A stretch of 63,844 nt of DNA, counting the filler. It is 5 parts of 5 records of this genome, joined end to end, with 100 filler letters (N's around TTAATTAATTAA, not from the genome) between each part and the next. Parts side by side here need not be neighbours in the genome. Positions count along the whole stretch, not along the records: positions 17,173 to 42,994 come from DRR723986_17720; 4 more parts are not named here. One strand, given 5' to 3'. Below the pieces are notes generated by a model that was given only the letters and a program-made list of their open reading frames with translations, ran no database searches and was not told the origin of the DNA. Every line of letters begins with the position of its first letter. Within the stretch, counting starts at the first letter, position 1. The translations under genes were made by a program, and so were the position numbers. Of the stretch, positions 18,581-29,700 are shown piece after piece.

Positions 18581-19915
18581 CTAGGCAAATAGTTCTCGGA
18601 TTGGCGTTCCACGGTCCGTAATTGGCACCGGGCGGTTGCCATCGTACAGCTCGGTGGCGGGATCGATACCGACTGCATTGTGAATGGTGGCGTGGAAATC
18701 AGGAATCGAGACGGGGCGGTCAACCACGTTCTTCGACAGTTCATCAGTGGTTCCAATCGCACCGCGATGATTCAATCCGCCTCCAGCCAGAACCATCGTG
18801 AAGGCTCGTGACTGGTGTCCTCTGCCTCCTGCAGCATCAAACTCTGGCGGTCGCCCAAATTCTGTCGCAATCACGATAAGTGTTTTGTCCAGGCGTTTGC
18901 GCGACTCGAGGTCATCGATGAGGGCTGCGAGTGCTGTGTCGAGTTCTCTAATAAGTGTCCATTGGTTTTGTTGACCTTCGCGGTGTGTGTCCCATCCCGT
19001 TCCATTGACGAAATTCATATTATGAGCCACCTCGACAAAACGACTGCCTGCTTCGGTGAGTCGTCTAGCCAAGAGAACTCGCTGTCCAAAGCCCTCGCCA
19101 TACGCATTGCGAGTCTTATCCGTCTCCAGCGCGAGATCGAAAGTCTTCATGAACTGTGGGCTAGAAAGTCGAAGGTTTTCCGATAGCGACGCGTCATACT
19201 GTTCCAGGAACCGTGACTGATGTCGAGTCACACCTGCTCGACGCACCTCGGACAGCAGCGCCAATCTCCGACGCAGTCGCGCGTCATCGACGTAATTCGG
19301 ACGTTTGAGCCCGCGTGGCCCAGATTCTACATCGGTCAAGTAAAGGTAACCATGCTCAGCACCTAGAAAACCGGGACTGCGAGCCATGTTGGGGTAGCCG
19401 ATCAATGTGTATGCTGGAGCATCGTCGCTGGCGGATCCCAGTTGGCTGGAGATTGCCGATCCGATGGCGGGGTAAGCAATTGTTCCATTGACCGGTCGTC
19501 CGACATGCACCCAATAGACGGCCGCAGCATGTTCGTCAATCATGTCGTGTTGACAACTGCGTACGGCGGTGATGCGATCCATCCGCCGGGCGGAGAGTGG
19601 TAGGTGTTCGCAGACTTCGACATTAGGAACCGCAGTCTTGATTGCCGCATAGTCGCTGCCAGGCTTGCGTTGCTTCGAATTGCCGCGTCGTTTTGGATCA
19701 AATGTATCGATCTGGGCCATTCCGCCGCCGAGCCAGATGAAGATCACATTCTCGGCCTTGCCCGGTTCGCTTGCTGGCGTGGAGTCCGCAGCACGGACCA
19801 AATTAGCAGCTCCAGGCATCGCAAAATGCGAGGCCGCTAGTGCTCCAGTGCAACCGGCTGCAAAGCCGCGGCGGCTCAAACGAGGCGTGGATGTTGAAGT
19901 TGTCTTGTCTTGCAT
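18581..19915 (-). CDS. DUF1501 domain protein (Tat signal)
   Basis: SRRGF Tat motif; WLGGGMAQIDTFDPK, GWDTH and TEFGRPP...GRGH. Confidence 0.92.
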   Translation of the reverse strand: MQDKTTSTSTPRLSRRGFAAGCTGALAASHFAMPGAANLVRAADSTPASEPGKAENVIFIWLGGGMAQIDTFDPKRRGNSKQRKPGSDYAAIKTAVPNVEVCEHLPLSARRMDRITAVRSCQHDMIDEHAAAVYWVHVGRPVNGTIAYPAIGSAISSQLGSASDDAPAYTLIGYPNMARSPGFLGAEHGYLYLTDVESGPRGLKRPNYVDDARLRRRLALLSEVRRAGVTRHQSRFLEQYDASLSENLRLSSPQFMKTFDLALETDKTRNAYGEGFGQRVLLARRLTEAGSRFVEVAHNMNFVNGTGWDTHREGQQNQWTLIRELDTALAALIDDLESRKRLDKTLIVIATEFGRPPEFDAAGGRGHQSRAFTMVLAGGGLNHRGAIGTTDELSKNVVDRPVSIPDFHATIHNAVGIDPATELYDGNRPVPITDRGTPIRELFA

Positions 19916-19941
19916 GTGAATTCACCGTCGAGGGGTTACCA

Positions 19942-22900
19942 TCAAGGAACCAATTGGAACTCAGGACTGTTGATCAGTGCCCACAGAGCGTCTTCGGCAA
20001 TGCGGCGCCAATGCCCATCGATCCGAGCGCTCGGTTTCGGACCGTCGGATAGGGCTTGTTGTTGTTCACGGCGCAACAAATTGGCTTTAACGTCAAAGTG
20101 GTTGGACCAGGTGACAAAGCCCCTGTGCAGCGGGGCCGGCCCTGGAGACGGGGCGACCGCCCGGACTCGGCCCTCAAATCCATCGCTCAGCAGTTTCGTG
20201 AATTTGGCCGATTCGCCCTCGGTAGGCTTGCGCGTCAGCACGCTCAAGAAGAGACGATCGGTGAGGTCCTCAGGCGAGCTGCTTTCGAGCGCGAGTTGCT
20301 CAAGAAGCGAGTCTGGTGTAAGGCGTGTCAGCGTCGTGGTAAGGTCGCCATTGGCGATAACTCCAGGCTGAACCAAGTTAGCCTCTTGTGGTCGATGCGT
20401 CTGAGGTGATTGTCGCGACGCCCGCCAACCAAACGCTTCAAGACACTCGACCACCGCTGCCGCTTTGGGGAGGGCCAGGCTAGGGCGATCTCGCTCGTTG
20501 GACAGGGATATCAATTGCCAAGCTCGATTGGCTACTCCTAGGTTGAGGAAGTTTTCGGTCTTCTGCGACGCTTCCGGATCAAACGATATTGTCTCCGTAG
20601 ACATTTCAATCCCAGTTACCCAATGCATGGAATCAACGACTTGCTCCGCAGTCAAGCGGCGTTGCCACGGAGCCGTGTAGGGGGAATCTGACGTTGAAGA
20701 ATCAATTGCCGCCCTTGCGTAAACGTCGGACAAAAGAATTTGGCGCTGGAGTCTCTTCCAGTCGAAGCCAGTGGCAACCAGGTAGTCTGATAGTTCAGCC
20801 AGAAGTCTCGGGTGCCGAACGTCAGCGTCGTACCAATCGTCCGCACTGCTGACCAATCCCCATCCGAAGAAACGATCCCAAACTCGATTTGCAACGACTT
20901 GTGCAAAGCGATCGCTTGAAAGTAGCGATCGAATCAGTTGTTCTCGGCCCGACGCTGACGCACTCTCTGCACCGTCAAAATTGCCAAGGGACTCGCCCAT
21001 GGATGGTTCGCTTTCGACCTCAAGAATACTGGCCGGGAACGCAGGATCGACGGTATCGCCAGGGAAGAGCGTAATGCTGATCGGAGCTTCATCGTCATGC
21101 CTAGCGAAGAAGGCGCGGGGAACGCTGCTGGTTGAAGGTACCTTGATCGGCCGCTCACGTAGCATTGCCGCGATCTCGAAAAGCTGCTTCTGTTTCCAAG
21201 GGTGGTAAGGTGCATCGTGACAACGGGCGCACTTCAAATCTACGGCCAAGAAGGCGCTAGCAACCACATGCGCCTTCTCCGCCATGGGGACATCGTTCTG
21301 AGCGGCCATAGAGAAACCGGCTGGCCCACCGGCTTGAATGTCACCCTGCATACGAATCAACTCACCGACGATACGGTGTATTGGCTTGTTTGACCGCAGG
21401 GAGTCATGAATCCAGTAGCGAAAAGGCCCCGTGTTGTTCAATGAAGGTTTTAGGATGCTGGGATTCTCCGCCAAAACATCTTGCCAGTAGCTTGTCCAGT
21501 GATCCGCCCAACGCGAATCGGAAAGGAAGCGATCTACGAAGACCTCGTTGCGAGAATCCGCTGGCAGTTGTAGGTACTCCTTGATTTCTCCGAGAGTTGG
21601 CGGAATGCCTCGCGTGTCTAAACTCACACGCCGAAGCCAAGCCAATGGCTCCGCCGCAGCAGCTTGCCCTTCTTCTCCGTCCAGTAGACTGCTGAGTGGG
21701 GTGAGGCTAGGCGTGGTGTCCGTCCCCGCGCCGCCCACCGAATACCGGCTTGCAATTTGCTCCCAGTGCAGGTCATGTTGAGCGGTCGTCTCGGCCAGAT
21801 TGTCGGAATCGATCTCACTGATAACGTGCTCAACGGAGTCTCTAAGTGGCACAAACTGCTGGTCAGTCAACTCAACTGACCGTGTTGCGTCGCCGGGCAG
21901 TAGCAGGCGGAACATATCGCCTTCTGCTTCGCTGGACGCCCCGTCGCTGCTTGTCGCACTACCAGGGGCCTGGCGAAATGCGACGAGCGTCTCACCCATT
22001 TCGCATCGCGACGATGAGCTGCCGACGAGTGTTTCTAAAACAAAACGATGCTTCCCAGCGCTGAGTTTAATGGTCGCTCGCGTTTCCTGGTCGCCAACTC
22101 TCGGGACACGCAACCACGGCATATCAGCTTCGTAGACGATCATCGGTTGATGAGCGTTCGGGAACAGCCGTCGTGGTGAAGTCTCCAATTTTGCTTCGCC
22201 ATCAACCCACAACCGTGTTAACCCGGGGGCCCGCAGGAGAATCTCATACTCATCGCCGGTCAGATGCTTCTCGCCATACATGCGAACGAGCACGGGGCCC
22301 TTCCAGAGCTTGCGTAGCCCGCCAGCCTGGAAACGTAGTGGTAATCTATGAATCGCCATCGCCGGGAGACTGACACGCATTGTTTCCTTCGGCGCGGAAA
22401 GTGGAAAACTGCTGTGACTGCCCGCCGACTCGTGTATGGTCATCAAGACTTGGTTTGAGTCTGTAGCTAGGTACTCCGGAGGCAACGTGTTGACCTGGTA
22501 GCGTTGTTTCAGCTCCTTGACGGGAACAGCGGTACGGTGCAGACGGACGCGATCCATCCAGCCTACGAAGCTGTTGCCGGGATCACCACCACGCGAGGAG
22601 CCGAGCCAAACGGATTCGTTTGAGACTATCGGAGCTACCTTGGTTGCTCCGCCCATGTCCCATTTGCCTGGGACGACTTCACCATCAACCACGGAACGTA
22701 TCGATTCCGGTTCGCCGAATCGATAAGTGACAGCCACGTGATGCCAGTCTTGGCCAGGCCCGAAGCCTTTGCTTGCCGTCCAACGGTGGTACGTAGGTCC
22801 GGCTTGTGATTGCGTGCTGAACAGGAAACTGGGGACCGCGTTTCCTTTCGAGCCAGTTAGGCGTAACGCGAAGTTATGGTTTTCAGCTCTTGCCTTTTCG

Positions 22901-23301
22901 TAGGTCCGTCCCTTAGAAAGTATGTAAGTGTGCTTTCCGCCCGCGATTTTGGGCAGCTTTACCCACGCTTCGATGGTAATGTCATCACCGAGCGTGAAGT
23001 CGAACTGTGATTGTTCACCTGGATCAGTCCAAACCAGTCGATCCCCTGCGTCAACGAACTGTAAAGCCGAATTTTGAATCGGCAGCGATTGGTACAAAGG
23101 TGAGGTTGGGCCTGCGCCCGGCACCTGCCGCAGCTTGCCGACGCGTTGAGCTTCTGCAAAGGCATCTTGTCCCGGCTCAGATTGTTCAAAATCCAACTCG
23201 AGAACCGGATCCTTGGGTTGTGCCACAGCGCCAGCGGACACTGCGATGGCAATCAGTAACGCGACCGTTTGTATGGAGAACGACACTATCGAAGCTCGCA
23301 T
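19942..23301 (-). CDS. DUF1549/DUF1553 (PSD1/planctomycete cytochrome c) protein with N-terminal LamG-like domain
   Basis: Signal peptide; LamG-like WHHVAVTY; WLRRVSLDTRGIPPT; CARCH heme motif; RRLTAEQVVDS; DALWALINSPEF. Confidence 0.9.
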   Translation of the reverse strand: MRASIVSFSIQTVALLIAIAVSAGAVAQPKDPVLELDFEQSEPGQDAFAEAQRVGKLRQVPGAGPTSPLYQSLPIQNSALQFVDAGDRLVWTDPGEQSQFDFTLGDDITIEAWVKLPKIAGGKHTYILSKGRTYEKARAENHNFALRLTGSKGNAVPSFLFSTQSQAGPTYHRWTASKGFGPGQDWHHVAVTYRFGEPESIRSVVDGEVVPGKWDMGGATKVAPIVSNESVWLGSSRGGDPGNSFVGWMDRVRLHRTAVPVKELKQRYQVNTLPPEYLATDSNQVLMTIHESAGSHSSFPLSAPKETMRVSLPAMAIHRLPLRFQAGGLRKLWKGPVLVRMYGEKHLTGDEYEILLRAPGLTRLWVDGEAKLETSPRRLFPNAHQPMIVYEADMPWLRVPRVGDQETRATIKLSAGKHRFVLETLVGSSSSRCEMGETLVAFRQAPGSATSSDGASSEAEGDMFRLLLPGDATRSVELTDQQFVPLRDSVEHVISEIDSDNLAETTAQHDLHWEQIASRYSVGGAGTDTTPSLTPLSSLLDGEEGQAAAAEPLAWLRRVSLDTRGIPPTLGEIKEYLQLPADSRNEVFVDRFLSDSRWADHWTSYWQDVLAENPSILKPSLNNTGPFRYWIHDSLRSNKPIHRIVGELIRMQGDIQAGGPAGFSMAAQNDVPMAEKAHVVASAFLAVDLKCARCHDAPYHPWKQKQLFEIAAMLRERPIKVPSTSSVPRAFFARHDDEAPISITLFPGDTVDPAFPASILEVESEPSMGESLGNFDGAESASASGREQLIRSLLSSDRFAQVVANRVWDRFFGWGLVSSADDWYDADVRHPRLLAELSDYLVATGFDWKRLQRQILLSDVYARAAIDSSTSDSPYTAPWQRRLTAEQVVDSMHWVTGIEMSTETISFDPEASQKTENFLNLGVANRAWQLISLSNERDRPSLALPKAAAVVECLEAFGWRASRQSPQTHRPQEANLVQPGVIANGDLTTTLTRLTPDSLLEQLALESSSPEDLTDRLFLSVLTRKPTEGESAKFTKLLSDGFEGRVRAVAPSPGPAPLHRGFVTWSNHFDVKANLLRREQQQALSDGPKPSARIDGHWRRIAEDALWALINSPEFQLVP

Positions 23302-23417
23302 GGCCGTGTCACCTCGTAGTCGGGAAGGGAATGTGCCAAATTGTTGGCGGTGGGACCACCTAGTTTAGCAGATCCGAAGTTTCGATGACGATAGAGAGTT
23401 GTAAGGTCCAGCACGGA

Positions 23418-23927
23418 TCAAAGCCGACTGGCCCAACCATCAACAATCGCTGAACGATCAGACTTACAGCGTAGACAATGCAAAGCGAGACGCCCGTAGC
23501 ACTTGCTGCTTAGTAGGCGTTTGCGAGCGAACAAACCAAGGACTCTCAGGCAGTCTTTGCGAAAATCGGGGTCTGAAAAGCCCGAAGCAACCGACTCAAG
23601 TTGCGAGTCTCTTCTGAGCATCGATGGCATGATCGTGCTGGCCAGCCGCCCCAATCCAACTCGGAGCGTCCGATTGTCGACCAAACCACTGGTCATACCT
23701 GGGGCGTCCGTAAGAATAGTGATAACAGCTCGAATGACGACATACTTGGCGGGATGGGCAACTTCGTCAACAACGCCCAACATAGCTGAGAGAATGTGGC
23801 ACCTCTCGAGCAAGTCTTCCGAAAGCAACAGGTGTGACCACAGGAAGATACAGGAGTCCGTCGCTGGTTGCTCCGGCGCACTGGCAAGCCCCTCAATGCA
23901 GGCCTCAACAGTCGGCAACGCTGTCAT
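23418..23927 (-). CDS. hypothetical protein
   Basis: ORF fills the gap and is co-directional with its neighbours; no recognisable motif. Confidence 0.4.
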   Translation of the reverse strand: MTALPTVEACIEGLASAPEQPATDSCIFLWSHLLLSEDLLERCHILSAMLGVVDEVAHPAKYVVIRAVITILTDAPGMTSGLVDNRTLRVGLGRLASTIMPSMLRRDSQLESVASGFSDPDFRKDCLRVLGLFARKRLLSSKCYGRLALHCLRCKSDRSAIVDGWASRL

Positions 23928-23960
23928 CCGTCTGACGTCCTTTCGTGCATCGATCCTACT

Positions 23961-24692
23961 CTATTCAAATTGATGAAGATCAACATATTCACCGCCGGCG
24001 ATCGTCGATAACGGTGCAATATCTTGTTTGTCATTGAGCAGTCGTACCGAACCATCGGCAAAGGCTACGTAGTGTGCGGGGCTCTGCCAACCACTCGTAT
24101 CCTGCCTACTGCTCACACTGCGTCTACTACTTTCGCGATGCCTGCCACTTGGCAGTGGATTGCCTACCGTATAGTCGACTGGCTGCAACCAATTCACGTT
24201 CGATTCCGCCAGCCCGATAAGCATGACGGTTCGGTTTGGGCCATCGAGAACCTGGTCAAGCGAAACAGAGTGATCACTTGGCCAGCATGTTGCTGGACCT
24301 GAAACCGCAAGAATGGTTGTCGTTCCAGTAATACCGTTAGCAGAGCATTTCCAACATTGAAACTCCTTCGGGCAAAGTTTCCCCACTTCGGCATTGTTGG
24401 GCGAATCCCAGGGCTGGTCAAAGTCGTATTGATCGTACAGGTCTTGCATGCCGAGGTACGGCAGTATCGCTACTCGCCAAGAATGGGTTGGGCCATCACT
24501 GGAATCTTGCCGTTGAACCGGTGGCAAACTTCCATAGTCTGCATGATATTGGTGAAGCGCGAGCGATACCTGCTTCAAGCAATACGGGCACGCCGGCGGA
24601 GGTGAGCCAGTTTCACGACTAGCTTGGATTGCGGGCAAGACCAACAGCGTCGCTGCGAATAGGCCAGCGCCCACAAAAGCAACTGTCTTCAT
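23961..24692 (-). CDS. DUF1559 domain protein
   Basis: Motifs LPAIQASRE, LKQVSLALHQYH, HSWRVAILPYL, PWDSPNN and AFADGSVR. Confidence 0.9.
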   Translation of the reverse strand: MKTVAFVGAGLFAATLLVLPAIQASRETGSPPPACPYCLKQVSLALHQYHADYGSLPPVQRQDSSDGPTHSWRVAILPYLGMQDLYDQYDFDQPWDSPNNAEVGKLCPKEFQCWKCSANGITGTTTILAVSGPATCWPSDHSVSLDQVLDGPNRTVMLIGLAESNVNWLQPVDYTVGNPLPSGRHRESSRRSVSSRQDTSGWQSPAHYVAFADGSVRLLNDKQDIAPLSTIAGGEYVDLHQFE

Positions 24693-24858
24693 CGGACCTT
24701 ACCGCCACTTGGAAGTTCGATTTCCGGCACACATCACACACCGATGCACCCTGCCGGATTCATGTTAATGCTTCCGTGGTTCGGTGTCAAACTTTCGGTT
24801 AATCTCCAAAGTCGGTCCAGCCCTCTTCCAAGACAGTAAAACACTGATCGATTCGCCA

Positions 24859-25770
24859 CTACGACCGCTCGTTGAACAGTGTTGCCTTGGCAGCATTCGA
24901 GATGGCAACAACAGCGGGATGTTTGAGCCGGCGTTCGACGCTGATAGCGTAAAACCGTTCACGCACTTCGCCGATCCGTCCCAACACATTGAGCGAGTAC
25001 TGTCGAGTGACTTCGTCTTCGACTGCTGTAGGAACAGAGATGAGCCCCTCACCTGCCTGAGCGAACACTTTAACCAGCGCGCTGTCTTCAAACTCGTGAC
25101 GCACGTTGGGGGAAATTCCTTTTTCGTCAAAGTACTGTTCTAGACTGCGGCGGACGTTCGTGTTCTGGGTTGGCAGCAGCATGGGCGCGCCGTCCAGCGA
25201 CGCCGGAAAGCTCTTCTTGTGCGATTTCACCAGATCAGGGCTGCCCACAATCGTAATGCCGCATTCCCCCAACTGGTGGTTGAACGCTCGAACATTAATT
25301 TGCGGAGTGAGCGGCACATCTGACAAAACAATATCGAGTCGATGGAGGGCAAGATCGCTCAAGAGGTCATTCTGCTTGCCCTCGTAGCAAACCAACTGAA
25401 CATCCTCTTCCATCGCAAGAGCAGGCTTGAGTAGTTGGTACACGATCAATTTAGGAAGGACATCCGGAACGCCCACCAACAAGCTCAGCTTATCGCCGCC
25501 TTGCTGGCCGCGAAGAGTATCACTGAGTTCGCGACCGAGCGAGAAAATCTCATCTGCGTAGCGATAGACGGTTTGCCCCATCTCCGAAAGCACGAGATTT
25601 CGCCCCTTCCGATTGAAGAGCTTTACTCCCAGAGATTTTTCCAGCTTCTGTATTTGAGTACTCAACGTCGGCTGAGCAAGATGCAATTTATTTGCCGCCG
25701 CCGTGATGCTGCCTTCCTTCGCAACCGTCCAGAAGTAGAGCAGATGGTGGTAGTTCAACCAGTCTGACAT
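24859..25770 (-). CDS. nhaR: LysR family transcriptional activator NhaR-like
   Basis: WLNYHHLLYFWTVAKEGSI N-terminus; EFEDSAL; FYAISVERRLKHPAV. Confidence 0.88.
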   Translation of the reverse strand: MSDWLNYHHLLYFWTVAKEGSITAAANKLHLAQPTLSTQIQKLEKSLGVKLFNRKGRNLVLSEMGQTVYRYADEIFSLGRELSDTLRGQQGGDKLSLLVGVPDVLPKLIVYQLLKPALAMEEDVQLVCYEGKQNDLLSDLALHRLDIVLSDVPLTPQINVRAFNHQLGECGITIVGSPDLVKSHKKSFPASLDGAPMLLPTQNTNVRRSLEQYFDEKGISPNVRHEFEDSALVKVFAQAGEGLISVPTAVEDEVTRQYSLNVLGRIGEVRERFYAISVERRLKHPAVVAISNAAKATLFNERS

Positions 25771-26007
25771 AAATTTCGCCTGCAGCCATGCCTTCAAGAG
25801 CGAACGGAATGTAACGAAAACACCGGAAAAACTGTCCTAATCCGCTTCTGCGGCTGTTTTGCAGATCACTCCCGGGGAGTCACCGCAAAAAACGAGATTT
25901 TCGGCGTTGAGTGTTTTCATTGTATGCGGACTTCATAGAGTTGGTCGTCGGCGAGCTCGATTTTGAGCGTCGCTGTGGCGATAAATTTCTATGGGGAGGA
26001 TAACCGC

Positions 26008-26367
26008 ATGACGCTTCAAGTTCGGGACCTGACGGGTGAGCTCTCCGATGCCGCAATTGAACAAGCAGAGCGGCGTCTCCAGTTTGCGCTAAGTCGTTTT
26101 GCGTCCAAGATATCGAGGGCGGAGCTTATCATCGATGACGAGAATGGTCCCAAAGGTGGCGTTGATTCGTCTTGTCGGATCCAGGTCAGTCTCAAGGGGC
26201 TGCCGGACGTCGTGATTACTGACAAGGACGCCAATGTTTCCGCATGTATTGCTCGTGTCGCCGAACGCGCCCAGCGCAGCGTTGCCCGCGCCGTTGCCCG
26301 CAACCGGCAGATTGATCGCAAACGACTGACAACTACCGCAGTCTCCGATCCAGAGACGCAGACTTGA
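26008..26367 (+). CDS. HPF/RaiA-like (S30AE family) protein
   Basis: Motifs ERRLQFALSRF and DENGPKGGVD..C; GGAGGA RBS; divergent from nhaR. Confidence 0.82.
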   Translation: MTLQVRDLTGELSDAAIEQAERRLQFALSRFASKISRAELIIDDENGPKGGVDSSCRIQVSLKGLPDVVITDKDANVSACIARVAERAQRSVARAVARNRQIDRKRLTTTAVSDPETQT

Positions 26368-26739
26368 TACTCGGCCATTTCCTCTTAGGCGCAAGAGAGT
26401 GCTCTGTATGCTGTGAGGCATAGTAAGCCAACAAAGAGCTGGCCGGCAGAGGGCTCCCTTAACCATCTTGGGCAGTTTATCGAGAGGTAAGGCCGGTTAG
26501 TGATATTGATCGTTTAGCAGCGCGTCGTGGACGCTTCTGAATTTGCTGCTCTGGTGTTTGCCAGTGCCGAGAGTATCTTACGAAGGCACTGAGGCACAGG
26601 GGTCTTGTGGGGGAAACTGCAACTATTAGAGGGGGAATTCAGCAATGGGATTGATCGCTGCTGCGCATATTGCAAATCGACTTAACTGAACTCTCCCGGA
26701 GTCCAGTGGTGGGCACCGAGCCGTGCCTTCTTGCTTGCG

Positions 26740-29700
26740 TCATTCCGTGAGATGGAGGGTCTTGATGCGTTCGGTAGCGGCGGTCAATTGGGTGATGATT
26801 TCATCGCTGGAGAGACGGCGGAAAGGGATTGCCGTTTCAGCGTTTGGCCGCTGGTGGATTCCAGCGTCTGTCTCAACAACTCGCTGCACCTCATCGTCAA
26901 GGCTGGCTAGCCACTGTGGAACATCTAGGCCGACGCCTGTCGGCTGCTCCATCATGAGCTTGCATTCGTCGATGAGTAGCTCGAATGCTGGCGATTCTTC
27001 ACCCTGTTCGCGAAACTGACGTACCGCGGGGCCGACGAGTGCACGCATTCTGTCCACCGTCATCGGACGCGTGAACCGTTCATGAAGACGATCCGCAACG
27101 GTGGGCAACCGCATGGCGTACTTGGCTTGAAGCTTTTGCAAATTCTCGATGTAATTATCGCTCTCTCTGCCAATACGTTCGGCCAGTGCGCGACGCCACT
27201 GCATGGCAGCTTGCTGGCAACCGGCACGAACGAGCACCTCGTGAGTCCAATAGATGGGTTTCAAATTCCAGGACACGCGGTCGTACCGAACTCGCAATCG
27301 CAAAAAGTCCAGCAGCATGTACAGCATATCGCCGCGATCGGACTGGGTCGTCGTGCTGTTGTAGTCGCGATACTCACTGTAATGGTCAATCACCGCTTCC
27401 AGAACAACGCTCATTAGTTTTTCAGCGTCGCGGCGATCCAACTCTCCAGAAGCGAGAGCGTCGAACAGCGGCTCCAACTCAGGCTCGATGCCCTCGTCGA
27501 CCATCTGCTCAAACCAATGTAGTACTCCCTGGTGCAAGATCGCACGGACGTTTCCTAGACGCAAGAATGACTGCGTAAAGAGCGGTCGGCCGAAGCGGCG
27601 AATGAATTCAACGAGCTGCTTCCAACTGCGACTATTGTCGACCGACTCCAGCACACTCAAGCGAAGCGTTCGGGAATGCGCGAGCCAACTCCCAAGCATG
27701 ACTTCGGTTAATTGCTCCAGGATCGCAATGACCTCATCACTATTGGGTTCGTCGTCTCCCAAAGCCTCGCCATCGTGGACGCCGAGATCGATCTTGCAGG
27801 GCGATTGTTCTTCGGGTGGCAGCGGCCCTTGAGATTGGTCCCATTGCCAGTGAATGGCGCTTTGAACAACAGATCGCACCATTGAGACAAAGCACAATTC
27901 GAACAGATCGTCGAACTCGGTCACAGCCCCGGGACCAATCGGGTTGTGATGCTCCATAAAGCGAGCAGTCTCAATCAGCTCGCAGGTTTGGAAGAAGAAC
28001 CCTTGTCTGGGTAGCCAGGCAAGCAGATGGGACATGATTCGCCGGCGAAGGCGGACGCTGTAGATCAGACCAGGATCCCCGCCGCGACTCAGCGGGATGT
28101 AAAGCAGCTTCTTGGGCCGCAGGGCGACGAGCAGCTTGGGGAAGAGTTCTTGAACCCGCTCGTGGCCTTCGTAGATCAGTTGCCCGACGAGCTCGAGTGC
28201 CATTCGGTCTTCGTCGGGAAGCGAAGCCAAGTGATCTTCGACGCCGGCTACTTCTGTGCCAGTGACCGCCAGATTGGATAGGAGCATTCTTCTCGCGTCG
28301 GCCGTTTCGACGGCGGCGGAGATGATCTTCTCCAGTAGCGACTCCTTGACCAGTCGCTGTCGATCGTAACGTGACATCGCGTCATGATCGGCACTGGACT
28401 TGGGGATTTTGAAATCAGCGACGGAGGTCAACAACTCCAGCAAGCCACGCCGATTTTCCGACGCTTGGTTGGCCCAGCCGAGCATTGCTTCTATTCTGGA
28501 CTGCCGCAACGTGCGATCGTCGTCAGTTTCTTCAGCGATTTCCCCGCCCTGACGTAGTTGCTTGTGCAGGTGATCGCTCAGGGCGGCCCCCTTCCACATC
28601 TGCGCCAGTGCGGTCAAGAACGTAAGGTGCTGGCTGAGTCGATTGGATTCTGCTAGCAGCTCGCTCGCCTCACTGCCAGATTCTTCTTCGGGGATGAAGT
28701 CATCGATGCCATCATCGGTGCTGTCGTTGTAGGTGACTCCGTCGTAGGCCGCGCCGTAGGTCTCGGCTTCGTCGTCCTCAAGTTCGAAGTCATCACCTTC
28801 GGCAGTTGCAAGGTCATTGCGGCGTGAGTCCCCGGGCTTGCCAAGTTGGAATTTTGGCGGGTGCCAGTAGCCTTCTGCGTTTGCCTCTAGATGATCAAAG
28901 AATTTGTGAGCGATACTCCAGTCAACACCGCGTGCATCGTCGTGCTCTGGCATCGATAGGTGAGACTGTAGCTTTTGCATCCACCGACGTGCTAGATCGG
29001 AAAATGAGTCTTCGCCCTGCTGCAAGCCAACTCTTTCGGCTTGGCCCAGCCAATGCACCAAGAGCGCCATGGAGGCAACAAAGTCACCACGCGTCAAAAG
29101 CGACTCAACAACGAGGGCGTAGGCTTTCGGCGAATCGAATAGTTCTGCGTGGGGTGCCCAGAATCGGACATTGCCGGTCGACTCCTCGCCCTCATGCCAG
29201 AGAAGTAGCGCCTTGGCGACTAATTCGGCTGATTGGTAGATTTCTTCAGCATCGGTTGCCTGCAGATCTTGAACTTCATGCGCTGCAAATTGCCGCCACC
29301 ATTTGGTCGACTCGCGCATTAAGAGTTGCATCCTATCGGCGAGTTGCGTTTCGCCAGATGCCGCAGTCTCTCGCCAGATACGCGACTGCAGCGAGAAACA
29401 CTGCTCCATCAACTGGATAAGATCGTCAACTCGATGGTCGTGAATCGCGCTGTCCGGGCCTTCGAAACGTGCGAAATTCCCTGCGAAACCGAGGATATTC
29501 CACGGGTCGACGATGGCTCCGCATTCAATCCCGCGATGAACGAGATCGGAAACCGTTTGGACGACATCAACGGCCTGTTCGTAGTCGCCGTTTTCCAGAA
29601 GTTGATCGGCCTGAGTCATCAGGCAATCGATGCGAGAGACGATTCTTGCCGAGGGAACAGGCACAACATCCGACTGCTCCTTTGAAGCAGGAGCGTTTCC

